Below are positions 26,478-37,014 of a DNA stretch of 64,000 nucleotides, in pieces (positions within the stretch are counted from its first letter, which is position 1; every line of letters begins with the position of its first letter). Origin of the DNA: a bacterium. GTDB lineage: Bacteria; Patescibacteriota; Patescibacteriia; UBA1558; S5-K13. The notes beneath the pieces are model-generated. The model ran no database searches, had not been told where the DNA came from, and worked only from the letters and a program-made list of their open reading frames with translations. The DNA is taken from assembly GCA_029555085.1 (NCBI GenBank), contig JAKPTO010000014.1, forward strand, positions 567-64,566, written 5' to 3'. A program made the position numbers and the translations under genes.

Positions 26478-27998
26478 TTATTTTCTATTTATATATTGTT
26501 TTTCATAATATTCAAGGTATTCGCCAGATTTTATTTCTTTCCACCAATTAATATTTTCTTTGTACCATTTTAAAGTTTCTTTTATTCCATCTTCAAAATT
26601 TATTTTTGGTTCCCAACCTAATTCATTTTTAATTTTTGAAAAGTCAATTGCATAACGTCTATCATGACCTCGTCTATCTGGAACCCGTTCAATCATTTCT
26701 TCGCCTTTATTAAAATAGTTCAAAATCAAATGAGTTATTTCTAGATTTGTTTTTTCACTATCTCCACCAACACAATATGTTTCTCCGATTTTTCCTTCAT
26801 GCAATATTAAATCCACTGCGCTGGAGTGATCATCAACATGAATCCAATCGCGGATATTCAATCCATCACCATAAAGAGGAATTTTTTTGTCTTCAATTAA
26901 GTTAGTTGCGAAAAGTGGAATTAATTTTTCTGGAAATTGATATGGGCCGTAATTATTTGAACAATTTGAAATTGTTATTGGGAGTCCGAATGTGTGAAAA
27001 TAAGCACATACTAGATGATCTGATGCTGCTTTTGAAGAGGAATATGGACTTCTTGGATTATACGCCATTAGTTCATGAAATTTTCCATCAGCTCCAAGTT
27101 CTCCAAATACTTCATCTGTTGATATGTGGTGGAATCTTTTTATGCCTAATTCTTTGGCAATTCTAAGTAATACATTTGTTCCCAGTATGTTTGTTCTTAT
27201 AAAAGTATCTGGATCCATGATTGATCTATCAACATGAGATTCTGCTGCAAAATGAACTACCCAGTCGCAATCTTTCATCGCCTTTTTTACATCTTCTTCG
27301 TTACATATGTCTCCTTTTATAAATGTATAATTAGGATTATCTTGTAATGATTCAAGATTTTTTAAGTTACCAGCATAAGTTAATTTATCCAAATTTACAA
27401 TTTTATAATTTGGATATTTTTTTAACATGTAATAAATAAAATTCGTTCCTATAAATCCTGCCCCACCAGTAATTAATATTTTTCTTTCCTTATTTGTACT
27501 CTGGGATAAATAATTATCTTTTGTTTTTTGTTGATATAGTTCTTCTCTTATCTTCATCCAAATTTTTCCAAGTTCATTTCTTCCTGTTCTGTTTTCTCCC
27601 CAGCCCCAAAAATCATCATACGGAGAATCCTCTATTATTAATTTGTTTTCTGTTTGTAGAAGTTTGTGTAAGACATACGGATTTTGTTCTACTTTGTTTC
27701 TGATGATATCCTCCATTATTGGAATTTTTATATCTTCCCAATTTTTTGGCACTTTGTCTTTATTAGCTTTAGCGATTTTGTAAGCATCATGGGCAGATTT
27801 TGCTTTATGTATTTGTTCAACTAGATCTGGGTCTGTTTCAAAAAAATGAGATGCCTGATAAGCGTGTTCAGATGTTTGCCATGTTCTTCCGCACCACTCA
27901 ACCTGAAAACTAGAAAAATTAGAAAAAACATAGAATTCTCTTTCAAAAAAACCAATTATGTTTCCAGATGTTTCAAGTTTTGAATCTCTAAATTGCAT
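26478..27998 (-). CDS. rmlB: fusion: N-terminal NADAR/YbiA (DUF1768) domain + dTDP-glucose 4,6-dehydratase
   Basis: aa 1-150 FSNFSSFQVEWCGRTWQTSEHAYQASHF and DDFWGWGENRTGRNELGKIWMKIREEL closely match E. coli YbiA; aa 170-506 KILITGGAGFIGTNF...YSSSKAASD RmlB SDR signature. Confidence 0.75.
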   Translation of the reverse strand: MQFRDSKLETSGNIIGFFEREFYVFSNFSSFQVEWCGRTWQTSEHAYQASHFFETDPDLVEQIHKAKSAHDAYKIAKANKDKVPKNWEDIKIPIMEDIIRNKVEQNPYVLHKLLQTENKLIIEDSPYDDFWGWGENRTGRNELGKIWMKIREELYQQKTKDNYLSQSTNKERKILITGGAGFIGTNFIYYMLKKYPNYKIVNLDKLTYAGNLKNLESLQDNPNYTFIKGDICNEEDVKKAMKDCDWVVHFAAESHVDRSIMDPDTFIRTNILGTNVLLRIAKELGIKRFHHISTDEVFGELGADGKFHELMAYNPRSPYSSSKAASDHLVCAYFHTFGLPITISNCSNNYGPYQFPEKLIPLFATNLIEDKKIPLYGDGLNIRDWIHVDDHSSAVDLILHEGKIGETYCVGGDSEKTNLEITHLILNYFNKGEEMIERVPDRRGHDRRYAIDFSKIKNELGWEPKINFEDGIKETLKWYKENINWWKEIKSGEYLEYYEKQYINRK

Positions 27999-28002
27999 AA
28001 GT

Positions 28003-28413
28003 TTAATTTATGTTATTTATAATTGTTTGGTATATTTTTTCTACTTTTTGTTTTTCATTTTCATTTGCGGGCCATAATTTTATTCCATCTCCGTCAAATC
28101 TTTGAAGAACATGAAAATGTGTATGCATTATTTCTTGCCCGGCTAATTTTCCATTGTTAATATTAATATTAAACCCACCTGATTTTAAAATATTTTTAAT
28201 TTTTATGCCAACTTCTTTCGCAATAATAGTCATTTTTGAAAGTATTTCATTGTCAGTTGTCTCAAACATTTCAAAGTGTTTTTTTGGGAGAACTAAAATA
28301 TGCCCAGGTGTTACAGGATTAATATCCAACATTACAAAAATATCATTATCTTCGTAAATTTTATAACTTGGCATTTCCCCTTTTATAATTTTACAAAAAA
28401 TACATTGCTCCAT
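28003..28413 (-). CDS. HIT-family (histidine triad) nucleotide hydrolase/transferase
   Basis: 136 aa; HTHFHVL histidine triad. Confidence 0.8.
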   Translation of the reverse strand: MEQCIFCKIIKGEMPSYKIYEDNDIFVMLDINPVTPGHILVLPKKHFEMFETTDNEILSKMTIIAKEVGIKIKNILKSGGFNININNGKLAGQEIMHTHFHVLQRFDGDGIKLWPANENEKQKVEKIYQTIINNIN

Positions 28414-28516
28414 AGATTTAATTATTTAATGATGATTTTTGAATTTATAATAAGTTATTAAATTGTTTAATGTTCAAATTTATTCAAAGTTTAGTAATTA
28501 AAACTTAAAACCCAAT

Positions 28517-29089
28517 TTATTCCCATTCAGGTTTAAATGTTTTTATAAACCATTTTGTTGCTAATGTTAAAATTACCATTACTATAAAAAATATAAACCA
28601 TTCTTCGATATAGTGTGGATTAAAAAATTTATCATTTATAAATCCCAATATTAAAGATATTGCAACAGCACCCCAATAATCTGTTGGTAGATTTAATAAC
28701 CATTTGCTATGCCAAAAAATATGATCCCCCTTAAAGTCTTTAATTGTGAAATGTGGATTTATTACAAACCACAAATAATCCCAAATTATTACAAATATTA
28801 AAAATATACAAATTATATTTAATTCTTGCGCAATAGTCCATTTAAGATTAAAGAAAAATGGTAGGTGAAATATTAACAAAACAAAAGTGAATATAAACAA
28901 ATGATAACCAGTTAATTCTTTTCCGCCCATTATTTTTTTGTATAGTTTTGAATACCATTTATTTGGATCGGGATGCCAAGTGGGAATATTTTTTGCCCAA
29001 CCATTTTCAGCCTCAATCTGTACTTCCAATGCAGCTAGAATAACAGCCATTATAAAAATATAAATTGCTCTAAAAATTATTGTTCCCAT
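28517..29089 (-). CDS. integral membrane protein, unknown function
   Basis: 190 aa, ~5 hydrophobic helices, Trp-rich. Confidence 0.45.
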   Translation of the reverse strand: MGTIIFRAIYIFIMAVILAALEVQIEAENGWAKNIPTWHPDPNKWYSKLYKKIMGGKELTGYHLFIFTFVLLIFHLPFFFNLKWTIAQELNIICIFLIFVIIWDYLWFVINPHFTIKDFKGDHIFWHSKWLLNLPTDYWGAVAISLILGFINDKFFNPHYIEEWFIFFIVMVILTLATKWFIKTFKPEWE

Positions 29090-29097
29090 ATTTTTTT

Positions 29098-29598
29098 TTA
29101 ATCAATCTTAAATGGTGAATTTTCCATATTTTCCCACCTTACTTCATCAACTTCTTCAATTTTTCCAGGTCCTTTGTACAATTTATCAGGTAGATTAATT
29201 GACCATGCTGGTTTTTCTGATATACATTTATATCCGTGGATAATGCCTGGGGGAACGATTACGCAAGTCGGATTTGTTTCCCCTACTTTAATTTTCATCT
29301 GAATAAATTTTTTATATTCTTCCCCTCCTCTATTATCCCAAAGATAAAGCATAAAATCTCCAGGACCAATAAAAACAAAACAATCTGATTGATGTTTATG
29401 TTCGTGTGGACCACGAGATATTCCCGGATTTGTTACAGAAACATAGCTCATTACTGGTTTGTATATACTGGATTGTGTATCTTCGCTTAATTCCGGAGCA
29501 TAATTTATTTCATCTTCCCTATAAACCTCACAAAGCCAACCACGCGGATCTTCATATTTTTCCAATCTTTTAATTACTAATCCTTTGAATAATTCCAT
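29098..29598 (-). CDS. rmlC: dTDP-4-dehydrorhamnose 3,5-epimerase-like cupin
   Basis: 166 aa; MELFKGLVIKRLEKYEDPRGWLCEVY resembles RmlC N-terminus (D-x-RG-x-F/L). Confidence 0.65.
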   Translation of the reverse strand: MELFKGLVIKRLEKYEDPRGWLCEVYREDEINYAPELSEDTQSSIYKPVMSYVSVTNPGISRGPHEHKHQSDCFVFIGPGDFMLYLWDNRGGEEYKKFIQMKIKVGETNPTCVIVPPGIIHGYKCISEKPAWSINLPDKLYKGPGKIEEVDEVRWENMENSPFKID

Positions 29599-29859
29599 AA
29601 CTTTATTTTTTTATATTATACTCAATGTTTAAGTATATAACTATAATCATTTTAAATCAATTGACAAAATATAAAATATATTATGTAACTTTTTTAATTT
29701 GAGATATTATTGCTGAAAACACGATAACTATCAATAAATATGTGAATAATTTATTTAAATCAACATAATTTGAAACAATGCCCGGTTTTATAAATTCAAG
29801 AATATAAAGTATTACATAAGAAAATATACTAATAAATGTAAAGTCAAGAATTAGAATTT

Positions 29860-31392
29860 TTATTTTATGTGCCATATTGATAAAATTTTGTTTTTTAATT
29901 CTGTATAATTTTTTATAAAATTTTCATAAATAGGATTTATTAATCTTTTATATGCTTGTTTTTTCGTAATTTTTTCATTACTAGTTAATTTTATTGATAT
30001 GTTTTTGATTTTGATTGTTTCGTTACCGAATTTTAAATCAGGAGAAGAAATTATAAACTTTAAATTTCCATTTTCTATTTTTGCATCCTCTAGATCGAAA
30101 TAAATTTTATTTTTTTGCCAATTATCTATTGTTTTTTCAGGTATTTTATATTGAGCAATAAAATATTTTATATCTTGTGATTCGGAATAATTTTTTAAAT
30201 TTGTTATTTCTGGATTAAAATATAATTCTTTTGAGAGAGCAATAATTCCGCGTGTTGAAATTTTTATATCATTTTTTGGCACATAAATTTTTGCCATTTG
30301 AGAACCATTATTGAAATTATACCATTTATGTTGTTCCGAGATGCGCAATTTTTTTCCATTTATAGAAACATCCTGAAGTCCGTTTTTGTGTGCCGTATAA
30401 AATGAAATTGTATTCCCCACAGCATATAATTCAGTTGGTTTTAATTCTAAGTTAAAAAATTTATACGCATATTCTGGATTGTCGCATAGATAAACTCTGT
30501 CTATCATAGAAATTTTACTTTGAGAGGTTTTTATATTTCTTATTATATTGTCGTCATTAGATAAAAATTCTATTCTATATGTCCCTTCTTTTAAATTTGG
30601 AATAAAAATTGATATATAATTTGGGTTTTCATTAGCGCCATCAGTTTTTATGTCATTATCTTCTAACATTTTTGAATAGATTATTTTTTCTGTATTATCA
30701 AAAATTTTGATAAAAACATGATCACTACCTTCGGTTCTGTTTATGTCATAAACTGTAAAAGTAAAATCAAGTGGTTCGTCTTTTATATATGTATAAAATT
30801 TATGTTCACCGCGCAGACAATTTGTTATTTCTATTTGTTTATCTGATTTTTTGTAATCTCTTATGAAAAAATGTTCTCCTATATTAAAATCATGAGCAGC
30901 AATTCCTGGCAATTGATGTAATTGATCATAGAATTCATCAATTGAATTGAAATCTTTATTTTTTTGCCATAATGTATTTTTTTCGTCTGATAGTTTGTCC
31001 CACTTTATATTATCAAATGTAATATTATATAGTGTATGAACTCTGTAGCTCCAACCTTCTTTATTGTCAGCGTATCCTATATATATAGCTTCTTGGTTTC
31101 CGGGATCAAATTCAATTTCTAGTTCAGCGTTATCAAATTTAATGGGGCTTCTAACTGTAAAATAAACAGGCTCATCATTTATTTCATAATAATTGCCGTG
31201 ATTTACAGTTCTATGTTCCGGGAAAATTACCGATATAAATGGATTTTTTTTATTTAAATTAGAGCTAGTATGCAATTTCCCATCCAAAGTTAAATCTTTT
31301 TGTATTAGATTATATAAAACAACAAAAAAAATACCAATCAATACAAGATTAAAAAATATTCTAAAAATTAAAAAAGTTTTTTTATGCTTCAT
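29860..31392 (-). CDS. membrane-anchored hypothetical protein
   Basis: 510 aa; single N-terminal TM; no recognised domain. Confidence 0.4.
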   Translation of the reverse strand: MKHKKTFLIFRIFFNLVLIGIFFVVLYNLIQKDLTLDGKLHTSSNLNKKNPFISVIFPEHRTVNHGNYYEINDEPVYFTVRSPIKFDNAELEIEFDPGNQEAIYIGYADNKEGWSYRVHTLYNITFDNIKWDKLSDEKNTLWQKNKDFNSIDEFYDQLHQLPGIAAHDFNIGEHFFIRDYKKSDKQIEITNCLRGEHKFYTYIKDEPLDFTFTVYDINRTEGSDHVFIKIFDNTEKIIYSKMLEDNDIKTDGANENPNYISIFIPNLKEGTYRIEFLSNDDNIIRNIKTSQSKISMIDRVYLCDNPEYAYKFFNLELKPTELYAVGNTISFYTAHKNGLQDVSINGKKLRISEQHKWYNFNNGSQMAKIYVPKNDIKISTRGIIALSKELYFNPEITNLKNYSESQDIKYFIAQYKIPEKTIDNWQKNKIYFDLEDAKIENGNLKFIISSPDLKFGNETIKIKNISIKLTSNEKITKKQAYKRLINPIYENFIKNYTELKNKILSIWHIK

Positions 31393-32989
31393 TTGTAAAA
31401 TTTATTTTATATAAAAAATATTCCTCTGTTTCAAAAATTGATTCTAATTTTATATTATTATTTTCTTTTGAAATTTCTTTTTTATTGTCAAAATAATACA
31501 TTGGTATTTTTATATCTTTAAAATTTTCTGTATTTTTGTAATTATAAATATTATCCCCATCTAAATAAACAACATTTCTTTCCGGAAATATAAATTTATC
31601 AGATCTATTTGTAAAAATTATAGCATTATTTTCCGTTGTTTTTAAAATATTTTTCTTTAAATTATAAAAATTATGTATATTATTGCTTATATTTTTTTGA
31701 CTATCAATGTCGTTATTATAAACCATCTGTTTAGACATAATAGCAAATATTCCTATTAGAATAGATATTATAATTATTGATAATTTATTTTTCTTCAATT
31801 TATTTATGGCGATAGATATTAAAACAGTGGAAAGAATAAAAAATGGCAATAAATATCTAATATAGGAACTTCCTATTGTTACAGAGCCAATTATTGCATT
31901 ATCAGATATTTGCCAACTTCCATAGTAAACAAAGAGATAAGCGCTTATTATAAACCATATCAGCATAAAGCCCAGGTCTTTTTTCGATAAACTTTTTCTT
32001 TTTATAAATAAAATTAATAGTGATAAAAATAATAATAAACAAAAGATCCAATTTAATTTTAAGAAAAAATTATAAATCACGCTAATTATATTTTTTATTT
32101 TAATTCCAAATGGAAAAATAATATTAAATACTTGTGTAAATATATTTGTATTTTCTGGGTTAACAATTCCACTCTGAACAACATTTTTGTCCAAATTTTC
32201 AGTATATGAAAATTTAAAATAAGAATCATTATAGGTTTTATTAAAATAAAGAACAGGATAAATTGTTATAATTAAAACAATAGCTGAAATTAAAAGTTTG
32301 TAATTAATTTTTACTTTGTAAAAAATTAGAATTAATAAAATACTGACTAAAATCCATAAAAACTCCGAAGTTCTCGTAATGATTGATAATCCAAGAAAAA
32401 ATCCCCAACAAATAAAATATATTATTTTTTTATCTTTTATTGCTGAAATTAAAAAATAATAAGAAATAATTAAAAGTGATATAAAAAGCAAATTATGCAT
32501 TAAAAGTTTCGAAGAAAAATACCAATACGCAGGATTTATTAAAACCAGTATTGAAGATATAATCGCTATTTTTTTATCAAAAATTTTTTTTACAAGAAGG
32601 TATAAAAAAACAACACCAAGTATTGAAAAAAATGGTGTGAGATATTGTATTATCCAAATACCAAAAATTTTTGCAATTGTTCCATAAATTAAAATAAGAC
32701 CTATAAAGCTTATTGGAATTAAATTAAAATTGTTTATAGCTACGCTTCTTGGGTGTATTAATTTTGCAACATTTTTTATTTCAGCTTCGTTATAGTCTAA
32801 TTTTTTTACTATTGAATTGTTTTTAGCAAAATTTTCCGTAAAAAAATAATTAGATGTTTCGTCTGGAGAATTAAATACTTTTATATTGTAATTATTGTGA
32901 ATATTAAAATAATTATAAAGATAGAAAAATAGGCATAATATAAAAATACCTAAAATAAAAACAATAATTTGTTTTTTATCTAAATTCAT
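31382..32989 (-). CDS. GT-C fold glycosyltransferase (ArnT/PMT, GT39/GT83-like)
   Basis: 535 aa; ~10 N-terminal TM helices then soluble C-terminal domain; GTIAKIFGIWIIQYLTPFFSILGVVFLYLLVKKIFDKKIAIISSIL resembles ArnT/PMT_2 family. Confidence 0.5.
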   Translation of the reverse strand: MNLDKKQIIVFILGIFILCLFFYLYNYFNIHNNYNIKVFNSPDETSNYFFTENFAKNNSIVKKLDYNEAEIKNVAKLIHPRSVAINNFNLIPISFIGLILIYGTIAKIFGIWIIQYLTPFFSILGVVFLYLLVKKIFDKKIAIISSILVLINPAYWYFSSKLLMHNLLFISLLIISYYFLISAIKDKKIIYFICWGFFLGLSIITRTSEFLWILVSILLILIFYKVKINYKLLISAIVLIITIYPVLYFNKTYNDSYFKFSYTENLDKNVVQSGIVNPENTNIFTQVFNIIFPFGIKIKNIISVIYNFFLKLNWIFCLLLFLSLLILFIKRKSLSKKDLGFMLIWFIISAYLFVYYGSWQISDNAIIGSVTIGSSYIRYLLPFFILSTVLISIAINKLKKNKLSIIIISILIGIFAIMSKQMVYNNDIDSQKNISNNIHNFYNLKKNILKTTENNAIIFTNRSDKFIFPERNVVYLDGDNIYNYKNTENFKDIKIPMYYFDNKKEISKENNNIKLESIFETEEYFLYKINFTNEA

Positions 32990-33038
32990 TCAAGTTTATT
33001 ATAACATTTTAACAATGCATCAACAAAATGAGCCATGT

Positions 33039-33566
33039 TTATAGTTGATAAACATAAAACCTGTTTTTCCCAAAATTAATAGTATTTTTTAGTTTTATGT
33101 GAGGTAGTGAAAATCTGTAACTTATAATTATTGTTCCGGGTTTGCACTCATTTTGTATTTTTCCACTAAGTTTTTTCATTATATCTGGAATTAAATAGCA
33201 ATATATCATATCAGCATCAGAAAGATCTATTTTTAAAAAATTTTGTTTAATAATTTTTATTTTACTTTTAATTATTAGAAGTCTTATTTTTGCTAATAAA
33301 CATACGAGAAATGAGTATTCTACCCCAATATATTTTGCATCTTTAAATTTTTTTTCTGCCTCGCTTAAAAACCAAGCAAATCCACAACCAAGCTCATAAA
33401 CATTAGAATTTTTTGCTATTGGATTTTGTTCTAATATTTTTTTAATAAAATTTTTATTTGTAGAAATGAGTGGCGCGTATCCACGAAATAAAATATTAAA
33501 AAATTGAATAGTAGAAAATACTATCAAAATAAACAGTATAAGAATTGTAAATATATTTAAAATCAT
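33039..33566 (-). CDS. small class I SAM-dependent methyltransferase
   Basis: 175 aa; N-terminal TM; VYELGCGFAWF motif I-like. Confidence 0.5.
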   Translation of the reverse strand: MILNIFTILILFILIVFSTIQFFNILFRGYAPLISTNKNFIKKILEQNPIAKNSNVYELGCGFAWFLSEAEKKFKDAKYIGVEYSFLVCLLAKIRLLIIKSKIKIIKQNFLKIDLSDADMIYCYLIPDIMKKLSGKIQNECKPGTIIISYRFSLPHIKLKNTINFGKNRFYVYQL

Positions 33567-33746
33567 AAAGTATAAAGTTATAGATTAATATTCTCATTTT
33601 TTTCAAGAAAAGTAAATAATGAGTCAATTAGCTAATATGAATATTTTTTAATTATATTAAAATTCCCAAATTCCAGCTTTGTATTTACCCTATTTGATTT
33701 ATATGCAATTTAAATATAGTAGTTTTTATGATAAAATATTTATATT

Positions 33747-35846
33747 ATGAAAATTAATTGGAAAACATATTATATAAGTTGCGTTATATTGCTTTCGGTT
33801 TTAATTTTAAATTTTTTTTATTTTCAAAATCAAATTTTATCAATTATTACAGGCATTTTGTATTTTTTATTTTTTGGGTTATTTTCCGGACATTTATTTT
33901 TTAGAAAATATAATATATTGTCAAAATTATTGTTTGGAATAATACTTCTTGTGTCATATATTATGATATTTGGAAGTATTTTTTATTATCTTTGGGGAAT
34001 TTATAATATTTCAATAATTATTATATGTGTTGTTGGGCCAATGTTTTTTGGATTTTCTTTAATTAGACACCCACTCAAAATAAATTTAAAAATTCAGAAA
34101 CCAAACTATTTGTTAATTTTTAAAATAATTCTTGCTTGCATATATTTGATTTTATGTTATTTACAATTCAAATATTTATATTCAAAAGGAGTAACTGAAT
34201 CAATTAATACACCCTGGAAGGTTATTTCTAGCAATTTTTTTATTTCATATTGCGCATCAACATTTATTTTATTGTTACTTTTTTATTTTGCTAAAAATAG
34301 AATTTTTGTAGTTTTTGCGAGTATTCATTATTTTTTATCATTTTCCGTAATTATTTTTATTTACAAACTGGGATTTGGTTACGATCCGTTTTTACATCAA
34401 GCTTCAGAAAAGATGATTTTTAATAATGGAGTATTCTTTCCCAAGCCATTTTATTACATAGGACAATATAGTTTAGTTGTTTTTTTATCAAAAATTTTTA
34501 TGATTCCAGTGGGGATCTTTGATAAAATTTTGTTACCAATGCTTTCGGCAATTTTTTTGCCAATAGTTATCTTTCAATCATTAAAAGATAATTTGAATAT
34601 AAAAAGAAAAGTAATTTTATGGTGTGTCTTGATATTTTTAATTATTCCATTTTCAAATTTTACCTACACAACGCCTCAGGCACTTGCTAATCTTCTCACA
34701 GTTGTTTTAATATTTTTATCTATTTCTTATGTAAATCGTAAATTGTTTAGTATAGTGCCGTTATTTTTAATAGCAGTATCAATATGTTTTATACATCCAA
34801 TAAGTGGATTGCCAGCAATTATTTTCGTAGCTTTGCTTTTGATTTTGTACGAATTCAAATTTCACGCATTTATAAAGCTTATTTTAACGATAATTGCATA
34901 TTTTGTTTCTTGCTTGTCTTTGCCTATTGCATTTTGGGTTTATAATAATATAAATAAAATAGATTTTTCAAAAATTGAACAATTTGCCAATAATAATTTA
35001 TTAACTAGTCTTTCTCCACAAAACATATCTTTTATAAGATTTGTAAATATTTTTGATTTTATTTATTTTTATTTTAATAATATAAATTTATTTATTTTAC
35101 TTATTTCATTACTTGGACTTGTTTTTGTTTTATACTATAGACAAATAAAACAATATATAATTTATATTTTAATGTTTTCAATACTCATAATTAATTATTT
35201 ATTGGTCATAAAATATATACAGTTTCCATTCTTATCGGTTTTTTCTACTAGAATATTTGATTTGAGTTTTTATTTTTTATTACCATTTTTTATTTTGGGA
35301 TTTGCTTCTATTTTGAATTCATTACTACAACATAAAAATATATTCAAAGTATTTATTTTTCTCTTTTTTTCTTTTATAATAACGGTTTCTTTTTACTTGA
35401 GCTATCCTAGATCAGATAAATATGGAAATTTTAAAGGATACAGCGTATCAGATACTCATTATAAAATAGTAGATTATATTGAAAATAATTTTCAAAAAAG
35501 CAATTATGTTGTTTTGGCGGATCAAAGCGTTGGCGCCGCAGTTATCAATAGCCATGGATTTAAAAAATATTTTAATGAGGAATTTTATTATTCACTACCA
35601 ACAAATATAAAAGATAATATTTATACAGATTTTATACAAATGACAAAAGAAGAGACGGATAAATTAAAAATAGCTCAAAGCGTTTCTGAAAAAACCGGAG
35701 CCGATGTTGTAATATTTGTTTTGAATAATTACTGGGATTATACTAGTAAATTACTAGAAGAACATAAAAAATTGTCTAATATGTGGGTAGAAGTTGATGT
35801 TGGAAAAGCTTATATATTTGAATATGTGTTGGCTATTAAGAATTAG
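33747..35846 (+). CDS. large polytopic membrane protein (possible GT-C/O-antigen-polymerase-like)
   Basis: 699 aa; >14 predicted TM segments, soluble C-terminal domain; no specific motif recognised. Confidence 0.4.
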   Translation: MKINWKTYYISCVILLSVLILNFFYFQNQILSIITGILYFLFFGLFSGHLFFRKYNILSKLLFGIILLVSYIMIFGSIFYYLWGIYNISIIIICVVGPMFFGFSLIRHPLKINLKIQKPNYLLIFKIILACIYLILCYLQFKYLYSKGVTESINTPWKVISSNFFISYCASTFILLLLFYFAKNRIFVVFASIHYFLSFSVIIFIYKLGFGYDPFLHQASEKMIFNNGVFFPKPFYYIGQYSLVVFLSKIFMIPVGIFDKILLPMLSAIFLPIVIFQSLKDNLNIKRKVILWCVLIFLIIPFSNFTYTTPQALANLLTVVLIFLSISYVNRKLFSIVPLFLIAVSICFIHPISGLPAIIFVALLLILYEFKFHAFIKLILTIIAYFVSCLSLPIAFWVYNNINKIDFSKIEQFANNNLLTSLSPQNISFIRFVNIFDFIYFYFNNINLFILLISLLGLVFVLYYRQIKQYIIYILMFSILIINYLLVIKYIQFPFLSVFSTRIFDLSFYFLLPFFILGFASILNSLLQHKNIFKVFIFLFFSFIITVSFYLSYPRSDKYGNFKGYSVSDTHYKIVDYIENNFQKSNYVVLADQSVGAAVINSHGFKKYFNEEFYYSLPTNIKDNIYTDFIQMTKEETDKLKIAQSVSEKTGADVVIFVLNNYWDYTSKLLEEHKKLSNMWVEVDVGKAYIFEYVLAIKN

Positions 35847-37014
35847 AATTTTTATTAAATTCTAATAATTTGTTTATATAATTTGATATCTGAAACTCTT
35901 TTGCTTTATCTATGCATACTTGTTTCATATTTTCGAGAGAGTTTTTATTTATATATATATATTCAAGTTTATTGCACAAATCGTTTAAATTTCCAGATTG
36001 AAACAAGTATCCATTTTCTTCATTAATTATAATTTCGGGAATTCCTCCTATTCTTGAAGCCAAAGTTGGAATTCCGTTTTTCATTGCTTCGTAAATAACC
36101 ATCGGTGAGTTTTCAAAACAAATTGATGGAACTATTAATAAGTCAGTATTTTTAAATAATTTTTCCTGAGTATTTTTATCGAATTCACCTTCAAAACTAA
36201 CATTGCTCATTGTTTGAGAAATGTTTTTAGTTTTTTCTGATAGAGAGCCTCGACCAGCAATTTTTAAACTAAATTTTTTTAAATCTAATTTTTTAAAAGC
36301 TTTTATTAGTAAATTAATTCCTTTGTGCTCCTCAAGTATTCCCAAATAAAGACAACGCAATTCATTGGATTTAGTTATTTCAATAGGTTTTCCCATGACT
36401 ATTGGATTATTTATGATTTTTGTGTTAGCTAATGGAAAGAATTTTCTTTTTAGGTGAATATTCAATAAAATTTCAGATGGACTTACAATTTTTTTTATAT
36501 TTTTAAATAAATTTTTGGTAAAAATTCTGTAAATTTTATTTTTAAATGAATCAATTTTGGAATTAGGAAGCAAAATCCCGGATGGCTCTATAAGTTGAAC
36601 ATCGTGAATTGTATGTATGTGATTTAATTTTAGTAATTCTATCGCTTTTAATATATTGTAGCCTAGGCCTAGAATATTATGCGTTAAAACCAAATCTGGT
36701 TTTTCTTTTTCTAAAATAGAATAAACAGTATTAAGGGAATATTCGTTGTGAAGTTGATTTATTCTCCATAGAAATCTAGTAAACCACATTTGATTATTAA
36801 TTTCTTGGAATGGAAAATATTTTTCAAAACCAATTCTATATATTTTTATACCATTTAAATCTTCTTCTGTGGTCGTTTTGTATTGCTTGGAACAGCTTAT
36901 AACAATAATTTCATGATTTAGTTTTTTTAATTCATGTATGATTAATTCTACGACAGATTCTGCTCCGCCTCCGCTGTCTGGATAAAAAAGTTGATTAATT
37001 ATACAAATTTTCAT
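35836..37014 (-). CDS. glycosyltransferase family 4
   Basis: 392 aa; C-terminal E-x7-E-like region ...SPMVIYEAMKNGIPTLASRIGGIPEII. Confidence 0.75.
   Translation of the reverse strand: MKICIINQLFYPDSGGGAESVVELIIHELKKLNHEIIVISCSKQYKTTTEEDLNGIKIYRIGFEKYFPFQEINNQMWFTRFLWRINQLHNEYSLNTVYSILEKEKPDLVLTHNILGLGYNILKAIELLKLNHIHTIHDVQLIEPSGILLPNSKIDSFKNKIYRIFTKNLFKNIKKIVSPSEILLNIHLKRKFFPLANTKIINNPIVMGKPIEITKSNELRCLYLGILEEHKGINLLIKAFKKLDLKKFSLKIAGRGSLSEKTKNISQTMSNVSFEGEFDKNTQEKLFKNTDLLIVPSICFENSPMVIYEAMKNGIPTLASRIGGIPEIIINEENGYLFQSGNLNDLCNKLEYIYINKNSLENMKQVCIDKAKEFQISNYINKLLEFNKNSNS

Noticed and set aside
29681-29875. 64-aa hydrophobic ORF between rmlC and the 510-aa membrane-anchored gene
   Set aside because: Overlaps the next gene by 16 nt and has no RBS; could be real but is indistinguishable from chance in AT-rich DNA.
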